The translations under genes were made by a program, and so were the position numbers. From the NCBI RefSeq assembly GCF_006345805.1, contig NC_043011.1:868001-932000 (forward strand): 64,000 bases of DNA. The letters are read 5' to 3'. Position 1 is the stretch's first letter, and each line of letters opens with the position of its first letter. Positions 12,608 through 24,799 of the stretch are shown piece by piece. A model generated the notes under the pieces. It was not told where the DNA came from. It saw only the letters and a program-made list of their open reading frames with translations, and searched no databases. Source of the DNA: Octopus sinensis (Eukaryota).

Positions 12608-13249
12608 TTAAACACCCAACCCATCCCACCCCCACACACACATGCTCTCTCTCTCATATATATATATAAATGTGTGTGCGTGTGCGTATGATGTATATAT
12701 ATATGTATGTATGTGTGGCTGGCTGGCTGGATGGATGGGTGGACGTCTTTGAAGGCAGTTAGGCATGTGAATGTGTATATGCTCAAAAACACTAACTGAA
12801 GTCAGAACCTGTAAATTTGTAACTAAAACCACTTCACAGGGTCTGAAGTAAAATGTGTATGAATCAGCTTAGTACGGTGGCTGATCTCGACCGGCCTTAG
12901 CAATTTTGAGACTACTTGTTCTGTTAACTACCTGGATTCTATATTTGTAACAATATAGATGGGTTGGATGGTTTGTCAGGATCTGTTGAGGAGGAAGATT
13001 GCATGGAGAAATAATACAGTATGGATGAGAAATAAGATGACATGCGGGGTGGGTAGGTTAAAATTGCAAGATTGAGTGTAGAGAGAGTGAGAGAGTGAGA
13101 AAGAGAGAAAAAGAGGGTGAGAGAGAGAGAGATGTATTATGATAAGAATGATGCTTCTATGTCAGTCCTCATGTTATACAAGCAAGTAGACTGCATTTTA
13201 GTCTGCAAATATTTCAAGCATCTCAGCTGTCATTCCTGATGAACCATGT

Positions 13250-14230
13250 ATATAATTGCATTATTTTATCATATGGCTGTTTACAAGAATGGCTGTTTAC
13301 AAGAATGCCTGATCCTTTTATTTGTCCATATCATAAAAGCTCTCTATTTTCCATACGTTTTTCACATTCAATAACCTTTCAATGGAGCATTTCCATGCCT
13401 CTTTCTTTTCAGTGTCCCTGAGTGCAAGTGTACCATTATTCATCTATATACACTTCTCACACCCAACATCATGATCCTTGCAATCTGGAACACCTCACAC
13501 CTCTGATCTTCATGCTGCAAAACCTTGGCAAAAGTCTCACTTTCTGCTTCTCTCCTTGCTAAATAAATCAGTTACTTAGCTTACCTGATATAATTCTTTG
13601 CTGCTCCAGTCTCTCCAAGCCACTCCTTTCACTTGTATGGGTCAGTGTACCTTGCTGTTTTATCACTAAATTACCCTTGGTCTGGATGGAATTTTGCATC
13701 AGCTGCAGATGTGATCTGCAGCCCCCAGAAGGTTGATCCCAAGGAACTTCTATTCTTCCCCAGTACTATGCTTACTCATCACCTCCCACTTTTTGTCAAA
13801 TACTTCATCTAGTACTTCTCTAAATTTCAGACTATTCAATGGGTTTTTAAGCTTCTATATCTTTTACCCTGGACTGGTTTGATTATCTAAGTCTAAGTCA
13901 CTAACCATTAACCCAAGTCTCTAACTATTAAACTATGCTAGGTTGTACATTTTTCTCCTTGGAAGGACTTCACATTCACGCCCATCTGTCTATCCAGCTT
14001 TTTAGTGAAAATTTTGTCAAAGCTGGCTTGTTTTTTGAAGTTGGTGCTGCAGAACACAAAGTCATTTGCATCGCAGAGCCCCAACAGCCTTGATTCACAT
14101 GCATCCCCAGAACCAAAACTGTAACCTTAATGTATACCATAGAATGCATTAAAGTGCTACTCAGCATGTCCATTACCAGCCTCAGTAATAAGGTCACTGT
14201 CATTTGCTACAAAGACAACCAGCAAAATGC
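13250..14230 (-). pseudogene. Degenerate RTE-clade LINE (APE and linker remnants)
   Basis: Manual frames give RLLGLCDANDFVFCSTNFKK (RTE APE-like) and EKKEAWK..ERLLNV. Confidence 0.6.
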
Positions 14231-14624
14231 CTCATAAAATTGGTTCTTCCACTTATCTGTCTGTCCAGTTTAAGAAGCAAAGTATCTGTTGCTGCCATAT
14301 TTTCAAAGTCTTGTCTAAGCTTAATTTACCCTATCACACACTCTCACTATCATGTGTATGTATGTTTGTGTGCATGTTATATTTATGCATATGAATATGA
14401 GTATATGTGTGTGTGTGCATGTATGTGTATGTGTATGTGTCTGTGTGTGCATCTGTAATGTATGGACATGGTTGTGTGGCCAAGAAGTTTGGTTCCCAGC
14501 CATGTAGCTATTGGGTTCAGTCCCAAAGTATAGTACCCTGCACAAGCGACTTTTAGTATAGCCCTGTGCTAACCAAAGCCTTGTGATTAGATTTGGTAAA
14601 TAGAAACTAAAAGAAGCCTGTCAT

Positions 14625-14659
<35 letters not shown>

Positions 14660-14663
<4 letters not shown>

Positions 14664-15037
14664 AAATAGAAAAGAGTGAAAAAACTACAGAAGGCTTGTT
14701 TTATAAGTTTAAAGAATATATTTAAGTCATTATGTAAGAAAAATGTTATAGAATTTTGTGTATAGTAACATAGTTTTGGAGTAATTACCGGTTTCGTGTA
14801 AACTTTCAAATTTCTCAAATGTCTTTACAAAAGAAATTTGATCCTTTATTCTGATCCTAATTAATTTCTTTATAAAAGAAATTTGAAAAGTTTACACGAA
14901 ACCAGTAATTTCTCCAAAAACTATGTTACTATACACAAAATTTTCTAACATTCTTCTAACATAACGACTTAAATATATTCTTTAACCTTATAAAACATAC
15001 CTTCTGTAGTTTTTTCACTCTTTTCTATTTTTTATAT
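14660..15037. repeat. About 155-bp inverted repeat (14660-14814 / 14878-15037) with hammerhead-like motifs at the inner ends
   Basis: Arms reverse-complementary with several mismatches. Confidence 0.85.
14880..14910 (+). ncRNA. Minimal hammerhead-like motif, U3-A8 core
   Basis: AAT-TTGAAAA-GT(TTAC)AC-GAAA-CCAG-TA-ATT; the antisense copy 14783-14812 has CCGG but one fewer A in the core. Confidence 0.5.
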
Positions 15038-15072
15038 ATCCAACCACGTGCTTTCACACACCACCTTTCTCA

Positions 15073-15106
<34 letters not shown>

Positions 15107-15109
<3 letters not shown>

Positions 15110-15950
15110 TACCAGCATCCAAAACTGAATATTAAACTTACAGGATACACTGGTCCACAGGGAATTTCAATCCCAGAGCCTAAGTCTGTGAGGGACCTGG
15201 GTATCGACATGAGTGACGATACCTCTTTCCAAGTGCACATTACCAGGATGGCGACAAAGTGCAGACGACTGGCTGGGTGGATCCTAAGAACATTCAGAAC
15301 CAGAGATAAGGAAACCATGATGGTCCTCTGGCGGACTTTCGTCCTCAGTCGCCTGGATTACTGCTCACAGCTATGGTCACCCACCAGTGTAAAATTAACA
15401 GCAGACCTTGAAGCAATCCAGAGAAGATTCACAAAGAAGATCGTCTCTTTGCAACAGCTCAGCTACTGGGAAAGGTTGAAACAGCTAAGACTCTACTCCC
15501 TGGAGAGAAGACGGGAGAGGTTTGCAGTAATATATGCCTGGAAGATCCTGGAAGGAATTGTGCTAAATTTTGGCATTGTAACCTACACCAATGCTAGAAC
15601 GGGACGACACTGCATAGTGCCAAAGATCCCAGCAATGCCATCACGCTTCAGGACCAGCTTCTGCAACAGCCTGGGTTTCAAGGGCCCACAGCTTTTTAAT
15701 ATTCTCCCAAAGAGTCTGAGGAACTTGCAAAAAGTAGATGTAGCGGTTTTTAAATCAAAACTGGACATCTTCCTGTCAAGTGTCCCAGATGAACCTACCT
15801 CATGGCAAGAGGTGCAAATGAGAGTAGCTGTATCAAACTCCATTCTTTACCAAGTGCCACATATTAGACGAGGTTCATCACAATAACGGTGTAGCACAAA
15901 ACGGCGGTGCATCAGCATGGCCGCAGCTCTGAGCTGAAACTAGAAAAAAA
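15107..15950 (+). mobile_element. CR1-like LINE 3' fragment (ORF2 C-terminus, 3' UTR and A-rich tail)
   Basis: Open frame CYQHPKLNIKLTGYTGPQG..RDLGI..SRLDYCSQLWSP..LEAIQRRFTK..SLERRRER..FKSKLD, stop at 15886; tail ..CAGCATGGCCGCAG..GAAACTAGAAAAAAAG. Confidence 0.9.
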
Positions 15951-16003
15951 GAAAAAATATATATATATATATATACATATATATACACAAACACACACAC
16001 ATA

Positions 16004-16084
<81 letters not shown>

Positions 16085-16086
<2 letters not shown>

Positions 16087-16310
16087 CGAGCTGGCAGAGA
16101 TGTTAGCACGCCGGGCGGAATGCGTAGCCATATTTCGCCCGTCGCTACGTTCTGAGTTCAAATTCCGCTGAGGTCGACTTTGCCTTTCATCCTTTCGGGG
16201 TCGATAAATTAAGTACCAGTTACGCACTGGAGTCGATGTAATCGACTTAATCCGTTTGTCTGCCCTTGTTTGTCTCCTCTATGTTTAGCCCCTTGTGGGT
16301 AATAAAGAAA
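16085..16310 (+). mobile_element. SINE family B copy
   Basis: tRNA-like head GGCGAGCTGGCAGA..GAGTTCAAATTCC; tail CCCCTTGTGGGTAATAAAGAAA. Confidence 0.9.
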
Positions 16311-16777
16311 CACACACACATATATATATATATATGTGTATACATACACATCTGTGTGTGTGTGTGTGTGTGTGCATGAGTATATGTGTTTTTGTGAGTG
16401 AGTTTGTATTTCCCTTGACTACGTGTGTGTTTGTTCACTGATTACAAACAATGTTTTTGCCTACAACATTGTTTACTTGCAGCTCACTATAAATGCATAT
16501 CCTCCAGGATTCTTGAGATGTCTCGCCACATTGCATAAACTCTGGAAGCAAAAAGCTATTTCTCATTGTGTCATTTGTCTCCAGACCTCCCCATTAACAT
16601 GTCCAGGCTGTTTAGCTATCTATCTGTCTGTCTCTCTTGGCATTCAAATACACACAAACACACACACATCCATGCACACAGCAGGCAATATGAATAAAAT
16701 GATGAGAAAACTGAATGGAATACAAATCAAGTCTCAAGCTGCCTCACAGAACTGTATATTGCAAACAAGAACTGTTT

Positions 16778-16808
<31 letters not shown>

Positions 16809-17098
16809 TGTGCGTGTGTTGTGTGTGTGCGTGTGTGTGTGTGTGTTGTGTGTGTATGTGTGTGTGTGTGTGTCGTGTGTGTGTGTTGTGTGTGTGTGTG
16901 TGTATGTGTGTGTGTGTTGTGTGTGTGTGCGTTGTGTGTGTGTGTGTGTTGTGTGTGTGTGCATGTGCATGTGTGTGTGTGTGTTGTGTGTGTGTGCATG
17001 TGCATGTGTGTGTGTGTGTTGTGTGTGTGTACGTGTGTTGTGTGTGTGTGTGTGTGTTGTGTGTATGTGTGTGTGTGTGTGCGTGTGTGTGTGTGCAT
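16778..17098. repeat. (TG)-rich compound microsatellite
   Basis: Direct reading. Confidence 0.95.
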
Positions 17099-17336
17099 GC
17101 ACCGGTGCAAGTGTATAACTAGCAATAAAGAAATATGAAAGAAGAAAAATGAAAAAAAAGAAACATGCACAGGCAGATTCTTACTGTCATAAACAGAAGC
17201 ACACAGACACACACACTCTCCTTCTCTCTCACTGTCTACCACCACCACCACCACCACCACACTAATTAATATTACGCAGTAAACATTAAGGTTGTGAGCT
17301 CAATTATTAGCATGCCAGAGTTCAAATTCTACCATG

Positions 17337-17794
17337 GGATCTTTTCGGTTTGAACGGCAGTTTTTAACATAATTTCTAGGTAACTAAAATATTTTAAACT
17401 TTGTATACTGGTAGAATGGGTTTATAAAACATCTTTTTCTCTTGGCTTTATTGAGAGAATTCTATAGTTTGTAAGATATTTGTTGTTTTTTTCTTCAATT
17501 TCTGCAATTTCAACCAATCACAGACATCCATTGAGGTAAACAATATTCTGTGCCATATGAATATGTCCCTCATTTAAGAAACAGATTGGGTTTATTTACA
17601 TTTCTGAAGAAAAAAAGATACCCTTTCCTCCACCCCTAACCCTAACCCTAACCCTAACTAACCCTAACCAACCCTAACTAACCCTAACCCTAAAATAGAT
17701 TGAAATGCAATAGATCGATACTAGGGTCATAATTATGGGTGACAATTTCATATGAAATCGCTAGAAAAAACTGCCGTTCAAACTGAAAAGATCC
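17337..17794. mobile_element. MITE with about 28-bp TIRs, 8-bp TSD and an internal (CCCTAA)n tract, inserted in a SINE B fragment
   Basis: GGATCTTTTCGGTTTGAACGGCAGTTTTT ... AAAAACTGCCGTTCAAACTGAAAAGATCC; TSD CTACCATG / CTACTATG. Confidence 0.85.
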
Positions 17795-18256
17795 CTACTA
17801 TGGTCAGCTTTGGTTTTCATCTTCTTGGGGTTGATAAAATAAGTACCAGTTGTGCACTGGATTCGATTTAATCAACTTACCTCCTTCCCTCAAATTGCTG
17901 GCCTAGCACCAAAATTTGATGCCAATATTATGCAACAAACAGAAACTAATGAAAAACATGAGAAAAGTAGTTTACACAATTATTTCAGAGCTAGTATGAA
18001 TGAATTTATCTAGTGGAAAGGTTACTATTGTGTGCTGAAAGATCTTGACAATCTAATTGATTGATTAATTAATTATGTAAGTGATAATAAGACTGAAGTG
18101 AGAAACAGCTGGTACATGTCTTCAAGAAATGACCTTGCCAATGTACAAAAATATCTGTTTCAAAGATGATTTAAAATCAACAGTCTGGAAAACCAAACAA
18201 ATAAATGATATGTGTGTGTGTGTGTATGCATGCACATGGCTTTATGTGTGTGTGTG

Positions 18257-18287
<31 letters not shown>

Positions 18288-18603
18288 CAAGGAAGATAGA
18301 TATAGATACACTCAGATATATGCACGCACATGTATGGTTAAGAATTTAATTTCCAGCCACATGATTTAGGGTTCACTGTCAGTCAATGTGGGATTTTTGG
18401 TAAGCATCTGTTATAGTCCCTGACTGACCATTACTTTGCAAGTGAATTTATTTGCTAGAGAGAAACCGTGTGTCCCTTTCTGTAGAAGAGAGTAAGCTCG
18501 AAACGTAAAACACTTTTTCTATTCCTGAGCGTTATACTAATACAACTGTTTGTTTTGTACACCATCTGTCTTTATCTTTTGTTGTGTTTTTCATAAACTC
18601 TCC

Positions 18604-18649
<46 letters not shown>

Positions 18650-18655
<6 letters not shown>

Positions 18656-19175
18656 CATCATCATCATCATCATTTGATGTTCACTTTCCATGCTGGCATG
18701 AGTTGAATAGGTTGACCGGAGCTGGCCTGCAGGAGATTTGTCCAGTTTCCAATTGTCTCTTTTGGCTTGGATTCTATGGTTGGATGCCCTTCCTCACACC
18801 AACCACTTTACAGGGTGTGCTGGGTGCTTTTTACATGCTACTGGCATCTCCCTCAATGAGGCCCAGGGTCTGAAGATCCCTTCTCATCACTTCGTCCCAT
18901 GTCTTCCATGTCTAACTCTTCCACAGGTTCCCTCCACAGTTAGATATCAGTACTTCTTTAACCTCATCCATATGCATAACACGACCATACTAACACAGTC
19001 TTCTCTCTTGCACACAACATCTGATGCCCCTTATACTCAGATTTCCCCTTATATCATTTATATTCTGTTGCATATGCACACTGACATTACCCATTCAATG
19101 GGGCATGCTGGTTTCATTTCTTTCAAGCCCTCACATGTCCTCTATAGTCAAAGCCTATGTTTACTGCCATGTAGC
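18650..19175 (-). mobile_element. RTE LINE 3' fragment with (GAT)n tail
   Basis: Manual translation ..KTWDEVMRRDLQTLGL followed by a 3' UTR with GGATGCCCTTCC motif. Confidence 0.75.
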
Positions 19176-19300
19176 ATAGCTGTACGTACACGGGCGTGTG
19201 TGAGTGTGTGTATACAGTATTATTATTCATCTAGCGACTACCTAATTCATTCTTCATTGCAGCTTACAATTTAAATATTACTTATTCAAATTAAATTCCT

Positions 19301-19700
19301 ATACTCTTTTACTTGTTTCAGTCATTTGACTGTGGCCATGCTGGAGCACTGCCTCTAGTCGAGCAAATCGACCCCGGGACTTATTCTTTGTAAGCCCAGT
19401 ACTTATTCTATCGGTCTCTTTTGCCGAACCGCTAAGTGACGGGGACGTAAACACACCAGCATTGGTTGTCAAGCAATGCTAGAGGGACAAACACAGACAC
19501 ACAAACACATACACACACATACATATACATATATGCGACAGGCTTCTTTCAGTTTCCGTCTACCAAATCCACTCACAAGGCATTGGTTGGCCCGAGGCTA
19601 TAGTTGAAGACACTTGCCCAAGATGCCACGCAGTGGGACTGAACCCGGAACCATGTGGTTGGTTAGCAAGCTACTTACCACACAGTCACTCCTGTGCCTA
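19301..19700 (-). mobile_element. SINE family A copy
   Basis: Full head-to-tail match. Confidence 0.9.
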
Positions 19701-19819
19701 TATTTACTTTATTTTACTTTCTTCTAATATGATACGCATCATTTTATTTTAATCTAGTGAAAACTTAATACATTCTTCACTTCCACTGAATTTATAGTTT
19801 TAAAAATTCATGTCTTCCT

Positions 19820-20250
19820 GGGTTTACCTCTACCACAGGTTCCCCCCACGGTTAGAGATTGGTACTTCTTTACTCAGCTGTCCTTCTCCATACACATCAC
19901 ATGACCACACCAGCAGAGTTGTCTCTCTTGCACACCACATCTGATGCCTCTTATGCCCAACTTTTCTCTCAAGTTGCTTACTCCCTGTTGTACATGTACA
20001 ACATTGCACATCCAGCGAAGTATGCTAGATTCATTTCTTTCAAGCCTATGCATATCCTCAGTGGTACAGCCCATGTTTCACTGCTGTGTAGTGCAGCTAT
20101 TCACACACAGGCGTCGTACAGTCTGTCTTTCACTCTGAGGGAGAGGCCCTTTGTTGCCAACAGAGGTAGGAGCTCTCTGAACTTTTGCCAGCCTATTCTT
20201 ATTCTTACAGCTATGATCTCAAAGCATGAACCTCTGCTACTGACTTGGTA
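19820..20250 (-). mobile_element. RTE LINE ORF C-terminal fragment
   Basis: RIRIGWQKFRELLPLL..RLYDACV and RNESSILRWMCNV..LREKLGI..CWCGHV. Confidence 0.8.
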
Positions 20251-20354
20251 TATATAATATATACATATATGTATGTACATATAATATATGTATATATAAC
20301 ACACACATACGGACATATATATGTGTGTGTGTGTGTTTGTGAGAGTGTGTATCT

Positions 20355-20700
20355 TTTATCATTTACTTGTTTCAGTCATCAGACTGTGGCCATGCTGGGG
20401 CACTACCTTGGAGAAATTTTGGCTGAATGAATGAACCCCAGTACTTATTTCTTTAAAGCCTGGTATCTATTCTATTGGTTTCTTTGACAAACCGTTAAGT
20501 TACAGGGATGTAAACACACCAGCACTGGTTGTCAAAGAGTGGTAGGGAAAATCACAGACACAAACACGCACGCACACACACACACACACACACATCCATA
20601 CACATCCACACCCACACACACACTTCTTTCAGTTTTTGGCCCCCAAATCCACTCACAAGACACCTACCCACAGTGGGATTGTACATGGAACCTCTCTCAT
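20355..20700 (-). mobile_element. SINE family A-related degenerate copy
   Basis: CTTGTTTCAGTCAT..GCCATGCTG, AAACACACCAGCAC, CAAATCCACTCACAAG. Confidence 0.65.
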
Positions 20701-21591
20701 ACTCAACTGACACTGAACCAGTGAACGCGGCAACTACAAGGTGTATATCATACAATTTATTGAATGCAAACAATATATACAAAGGGATACCCAAAAGTAA
20801 CTAGAAACGTTCTCTAAGGGACAAACCGGTTGTAGTTCACGATTCTACCACTAGAAACCACTTGATGCAACCCTTAGGCATCAGTCTCCCAATCATCATG
20901 CTCAGGGAAAGTTGTACTGCCATTTGATGCATTTTTGTTTTGCAGTGCTTCTCTCCTGTTCATCAATTTTTACGATGGCCGAAGCGAAGGAACAGTATAC
21001 TTCCATGTAATTCGGTTTTCTCCTGGAGAACAGTTGTCAGATGGCAGAACAGTTGTCATTCAAACAGCCTACAAAGACACTGGCATGAGCAAAACACAAG
21101 TTTACAAGTGGTTTCCACGTTTTAGGAATTGTCACTTGTCATTTGAAAACCAACCTTGTTCAAGATGACTATTGACCTCCTGAACGAATCAAGGAAAAGT
21201 CATGCTATGACTGGTGTGTCCTGAAGCTCCTGCCAACAAATTTTGAGCAAGGAATTGTGAATGAAAAGACTTTCAGCAATATTTGTGCCTTACTTGCTCA
21301 CAAGATCAAAAGCAGTCACAACTGAATGTGTGTCATGACTTGAAAGAACTGATGAAAGTTGATCAAGACTATTTTTTCAAAGGTCATCACCGATGACGAA
21401 AGCCGGTGCTGCAGGATTTGTAGATGTGGAAGAGGTGAAGAGAAAAATGACAGGGGTGTTAAAAGGCATTACTTTGCAGGAGTTCCAGCACTGCTTCGAA
21501 TAGGGGAAAACGTGCCTGGACCGATGACTTGCTTTAAATGGAGAATACTTTGAAGGCGATAAAAGTGTAAATATGTAAAACTAAGTGGATA

Positions 21592-21897
21592 AACAATTGC
21601 AGCGTGGAAGGTGTTTGTAAGCCATTTAAGAAACACACAAAAGCCGTTCGATTCACTTCAACATTTAAGTTTAATTTGTCAAAATATTTTCGTCGCTTTA
21701 AGACTGCGACCTGTTCACTGACAAAAATCCATGCTGACAAAAATCCGAGATGCAGCACGAATTTTTGTCAGTGAACAGGTCGCGGTCTTAAAGCGACGAA
21801 AATATTTTGACAAATTAAACTTAAATGTTGAAGTGAATCAAATGGCTTTTGTGTGTTTCTTAAATGGCTTACAAACACCTTCCACGCTGCAATTGTT
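21592..21897. repeat. About 137-bp inverted repeat (21592-21728 / 21761-21897) with hammerhead-like motifs at the inner ends
   Basis: Near-perfect arms; the ORF track shows the same peptide on both strands. Confidence 0.9.
21764..21814 (+). ncRNA. Hammerhead-like motif with G3-C8 core; antisense copy at 21675-21725
   Basis: TTTGTCA-GTGAACA-G-GTCGC(GGTCTTAAA)GCGAC-GAAA-ATAT-TT-TGACAAA: 7-bp stem I, 5-bp stem II, palindromic AATATT stem III. Confidence 0.6.
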
Positions 21898-22859
21898 TTC
21901 ATTTCAGCACACGATCTCAGATCAAATCACTTGCTATGCAAGTACATCTCCGTAAGTGAATAAAATGAAATTGCAAAATTCTGGTTTCTTTTGGGTACTC
22001 CCTTGTTTATGTATGTATGTATGTATGTATGTATGTATGTATGTATGTATGTATGTATGTATGTATGTACGTACGTATGCATGTTTGTATGTATGTATGT
22101 ATGTATGTATGTATATATGTCTAGGCTAAAAACATTGAACTGTGGAGAACAACACAGGATGAACAAAGTTTGACAAATCTTGTTATTCCTTTAATGCATA
22201 ATGGAAAGAGAGAGTAGCTTAAAATTTTGAATTTTAGTTGTTTCTCATAAGAAAAAAAAAGGGAAAGAGAGAAGCAAAAAGTGAGGGTGAAACAGAAAGA
22301 GAGAAAAAAAGATGGAGGATTAGAAATTAAGTGTGAATGTTGTTCTATGGGCAAGAGTTGTTATATATATATGCATGTGAACATGCATGCATGTGTATGT
22401 GTGTGTGTGTGTGTCTGAGTATGGATATGTGTATGCAAACCAATAATGAAGAGCTTCCACTTTTCTGAACCATTGTGAATTTACATTACTCTGAAGTGAA
22501 ATGAAGAAGATAAAAATCCAAAAGAAACTCCACCCCCCACTCCCAACCCCCCAAAATGAACATAAAAAAGGAACAAAAACAGCACATAAAGACAAAGCAG
22601 GAGAGTGAAAGAGAGAATATTTGACAGTTGAGAAAGAGATATATAACAGACTGTTCACAAAAATCTAAATAAATCAATCCACTTGAACAAGTGCTGAAGC
22701 ATTGATTCTATACTTTATGTACTTGTGTTTTCCTCAAGATCTTACTCCATTTCTTTTTTTTATGTCTATATTTCATATTAGCACACTTGTTGATTTGCAT
22801 CTTTTGAGGATCTTCCAATATGTATATGTATGTATATGTGTGTGTGTGTATGTATATGC

Positions 22860-22890
<31 letters not shown>

Positions 22891-22945
22891 AAGTTACATA
22901 GGTGTATACTAAAGGCATGTATTCCTTATGGCATACATGGTATTG

Positions 22946-23179
22946 AAAGGCGGCAAGCTGCCAGAATCGTTAGCACGCCGGGCGAAATGCTTTGCGGTAT
23001 TTCGTCTGCCGTTACGTTGTGAGTTCAAATTCCGCCGAGGTCAACTTTACCTTTCATCCTTTCGGGGTCGATAAATTAAGTACCAGTTACGCACTGGGGT
23101 CGATGTAATCGACCTAATACCTATGTCTGTCCTTGTTTGTGCCCTCTATGTTTAGCCCCTTGTGGGTAATAAAGAAATA
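22946..23179 (+). mobile_element. SINE family B copy
   Basis: Head and GGGTAATAAAGAAA tail as at 16085. Confidence 0.9.
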
Positions 23180-23440
23180 GGTATTGAAAGGTGTGCAAAA
23201 GCAGAATAGTTGGTGGAGGATCGTTTTCCATGGGTCAACAAATGAGATTTGAGCCCAGCGAAAGAAAGGCATAGTCTGTCACAAACTGTGCACACAAAAG
23301 ATTTTCGAGGGATTTTGCTTTCATCTGTAGTTGGAAAGGTACCTGCTTGCATTCTGTTAGAACGTTTAGATACCTTCATAGTTCCAAATATGGTGTCGGA
23401 GAGTCTCAATGTGGTGTTTGCTCCTCCAGGTGTACAGATG
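23180..23440. mobile_element. Two small RTE LINE fragments in opposite orientation
   Basis: Minus strand CDRLCLSFAGLKSHLLTH (RTE C-terminal C2H2-like); plus strand DFRGILLSSVVGKVPACILLERL (RT N-terminal). Confidence 0.6.
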
Positions 23441-23444
23441 ATTA

Positions 23445-24048
23445 CATCTTTACTATTGGGCAATTTCAAGAAAAAGGGCTCCAGTGTTGAGAGTGAACTC
23501 CTGTGTGACTTTATGCACACCTATTGTATTCGGTCAGTACTTGTGAATGTGTATATACCTGGAGGGCTAAATCTGTATTTACATTAGTAAATACACGTGT
23601 ATTCATACACATTGTTGGTGCATGGGTACACTACCCACTAACTCTACTTTGGAGCTTTCATTTAAATACCTTTATTTTATTGGATTTATTCTTTTATTCC
23701 TTTACTGGTTTCAGTCATTTGACTGTGGCCATGCTGGGGCACCACCTTTACTTGAACAAATGGACCCCAGGACTTATTCTTTGTAAACCTATTACTTATT
23801 TTATTGGTCTCTTTTGCCAAACTGCTAAGTTACGGGAACATAAACAAACCGGCATCGGTTGTCAAGTGATAGTGCACTAACAATGTGTATGAATACACGT
23901 GTACTTACTAATGTAAATACGGATTTAGCCCTCCAGGTGTATACACATTCACAAGTACTCACCGAATACAGTAGGTGTGCATAAGGTCACACAGGAGTTC
24001 ACTCACAAAATTGGAGCCCTTTTCTTGAAATTGTCCGATAGTAAAGAT
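23445..24048. repeat. About 170-bp inverted repeat (23445-23616 / 23879-24048) enclosing a SINE A fragment (about 23692-23870)
   Basis: Reverse-complementary arms with roughly 10 percent mismatches. Confidence 0.85.
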
Positions 24049-24061
24049 ACATATGTATATA

Positions 24062-24188
<127 letters not shown>

Positions 24189-24449
24189 GTATTATATATA
24201 TATATATATATGTACCGGAGTAAACATTTTGATGATTGCCTACATTATCGCTTTGGTTACCATGTAGGCAATCATCGAAATTTTTGTTTGTCTTGTTGTC
24301 GAGAGAGGCTCCTTTTCTTTCCTGATGAGAAGATTGCTTAATGCACCTTTTATTCCTTCGAAATGAAAATATGCTGTCTTCAAAACATGTGTCGAGAGTA
24401 AAGGAATTTTGTTAACATCTTCATTCGACTCTATTCTTTCATTTATTCA

Positions 24450-24509
<60 letters not shown>

Positions 24510-24578
24510 TATATATATACATATATATATAAATAAATCTATATATGAATATATATATATATATAAAAAATCTATATA

Positions 24579-24624
<46 letters not shown>

Positions 24625-24722
24625 TATATATATATGAATATATATATATATATATGAATATATATATATATGAATATATATATATATATGAATATATATA
24701 TATATATGAATATATATATATA

Positions 24723-24799
<77 letters not shown>

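Larger units (their letters stand above)
20780..22006 (+). mobile_element. Degenerate mariner (Tc1/mariner) transposon, interrupted by a palindromic insertion
   Basis: Diverged TIRs CAAAGGGATACCCAAAAG / CTTTTGGGTACTCCCTTG, TA on the left; MSKTQVYKWFPRF (HTH) and KVITDDES (first catalytic D region). Confidence 0.7.

Noticed and set aside
17631-17692. (CCCTAA)n as a telomere or fusion site
   Set aside because: Internal part of a MITE with TIRs and TSD.
24231-24280. 15-bp-arm hairpin next to a stub of the hammerhead-family element
   Set aside because: Too short to interpret; probably another small fold-back scar.
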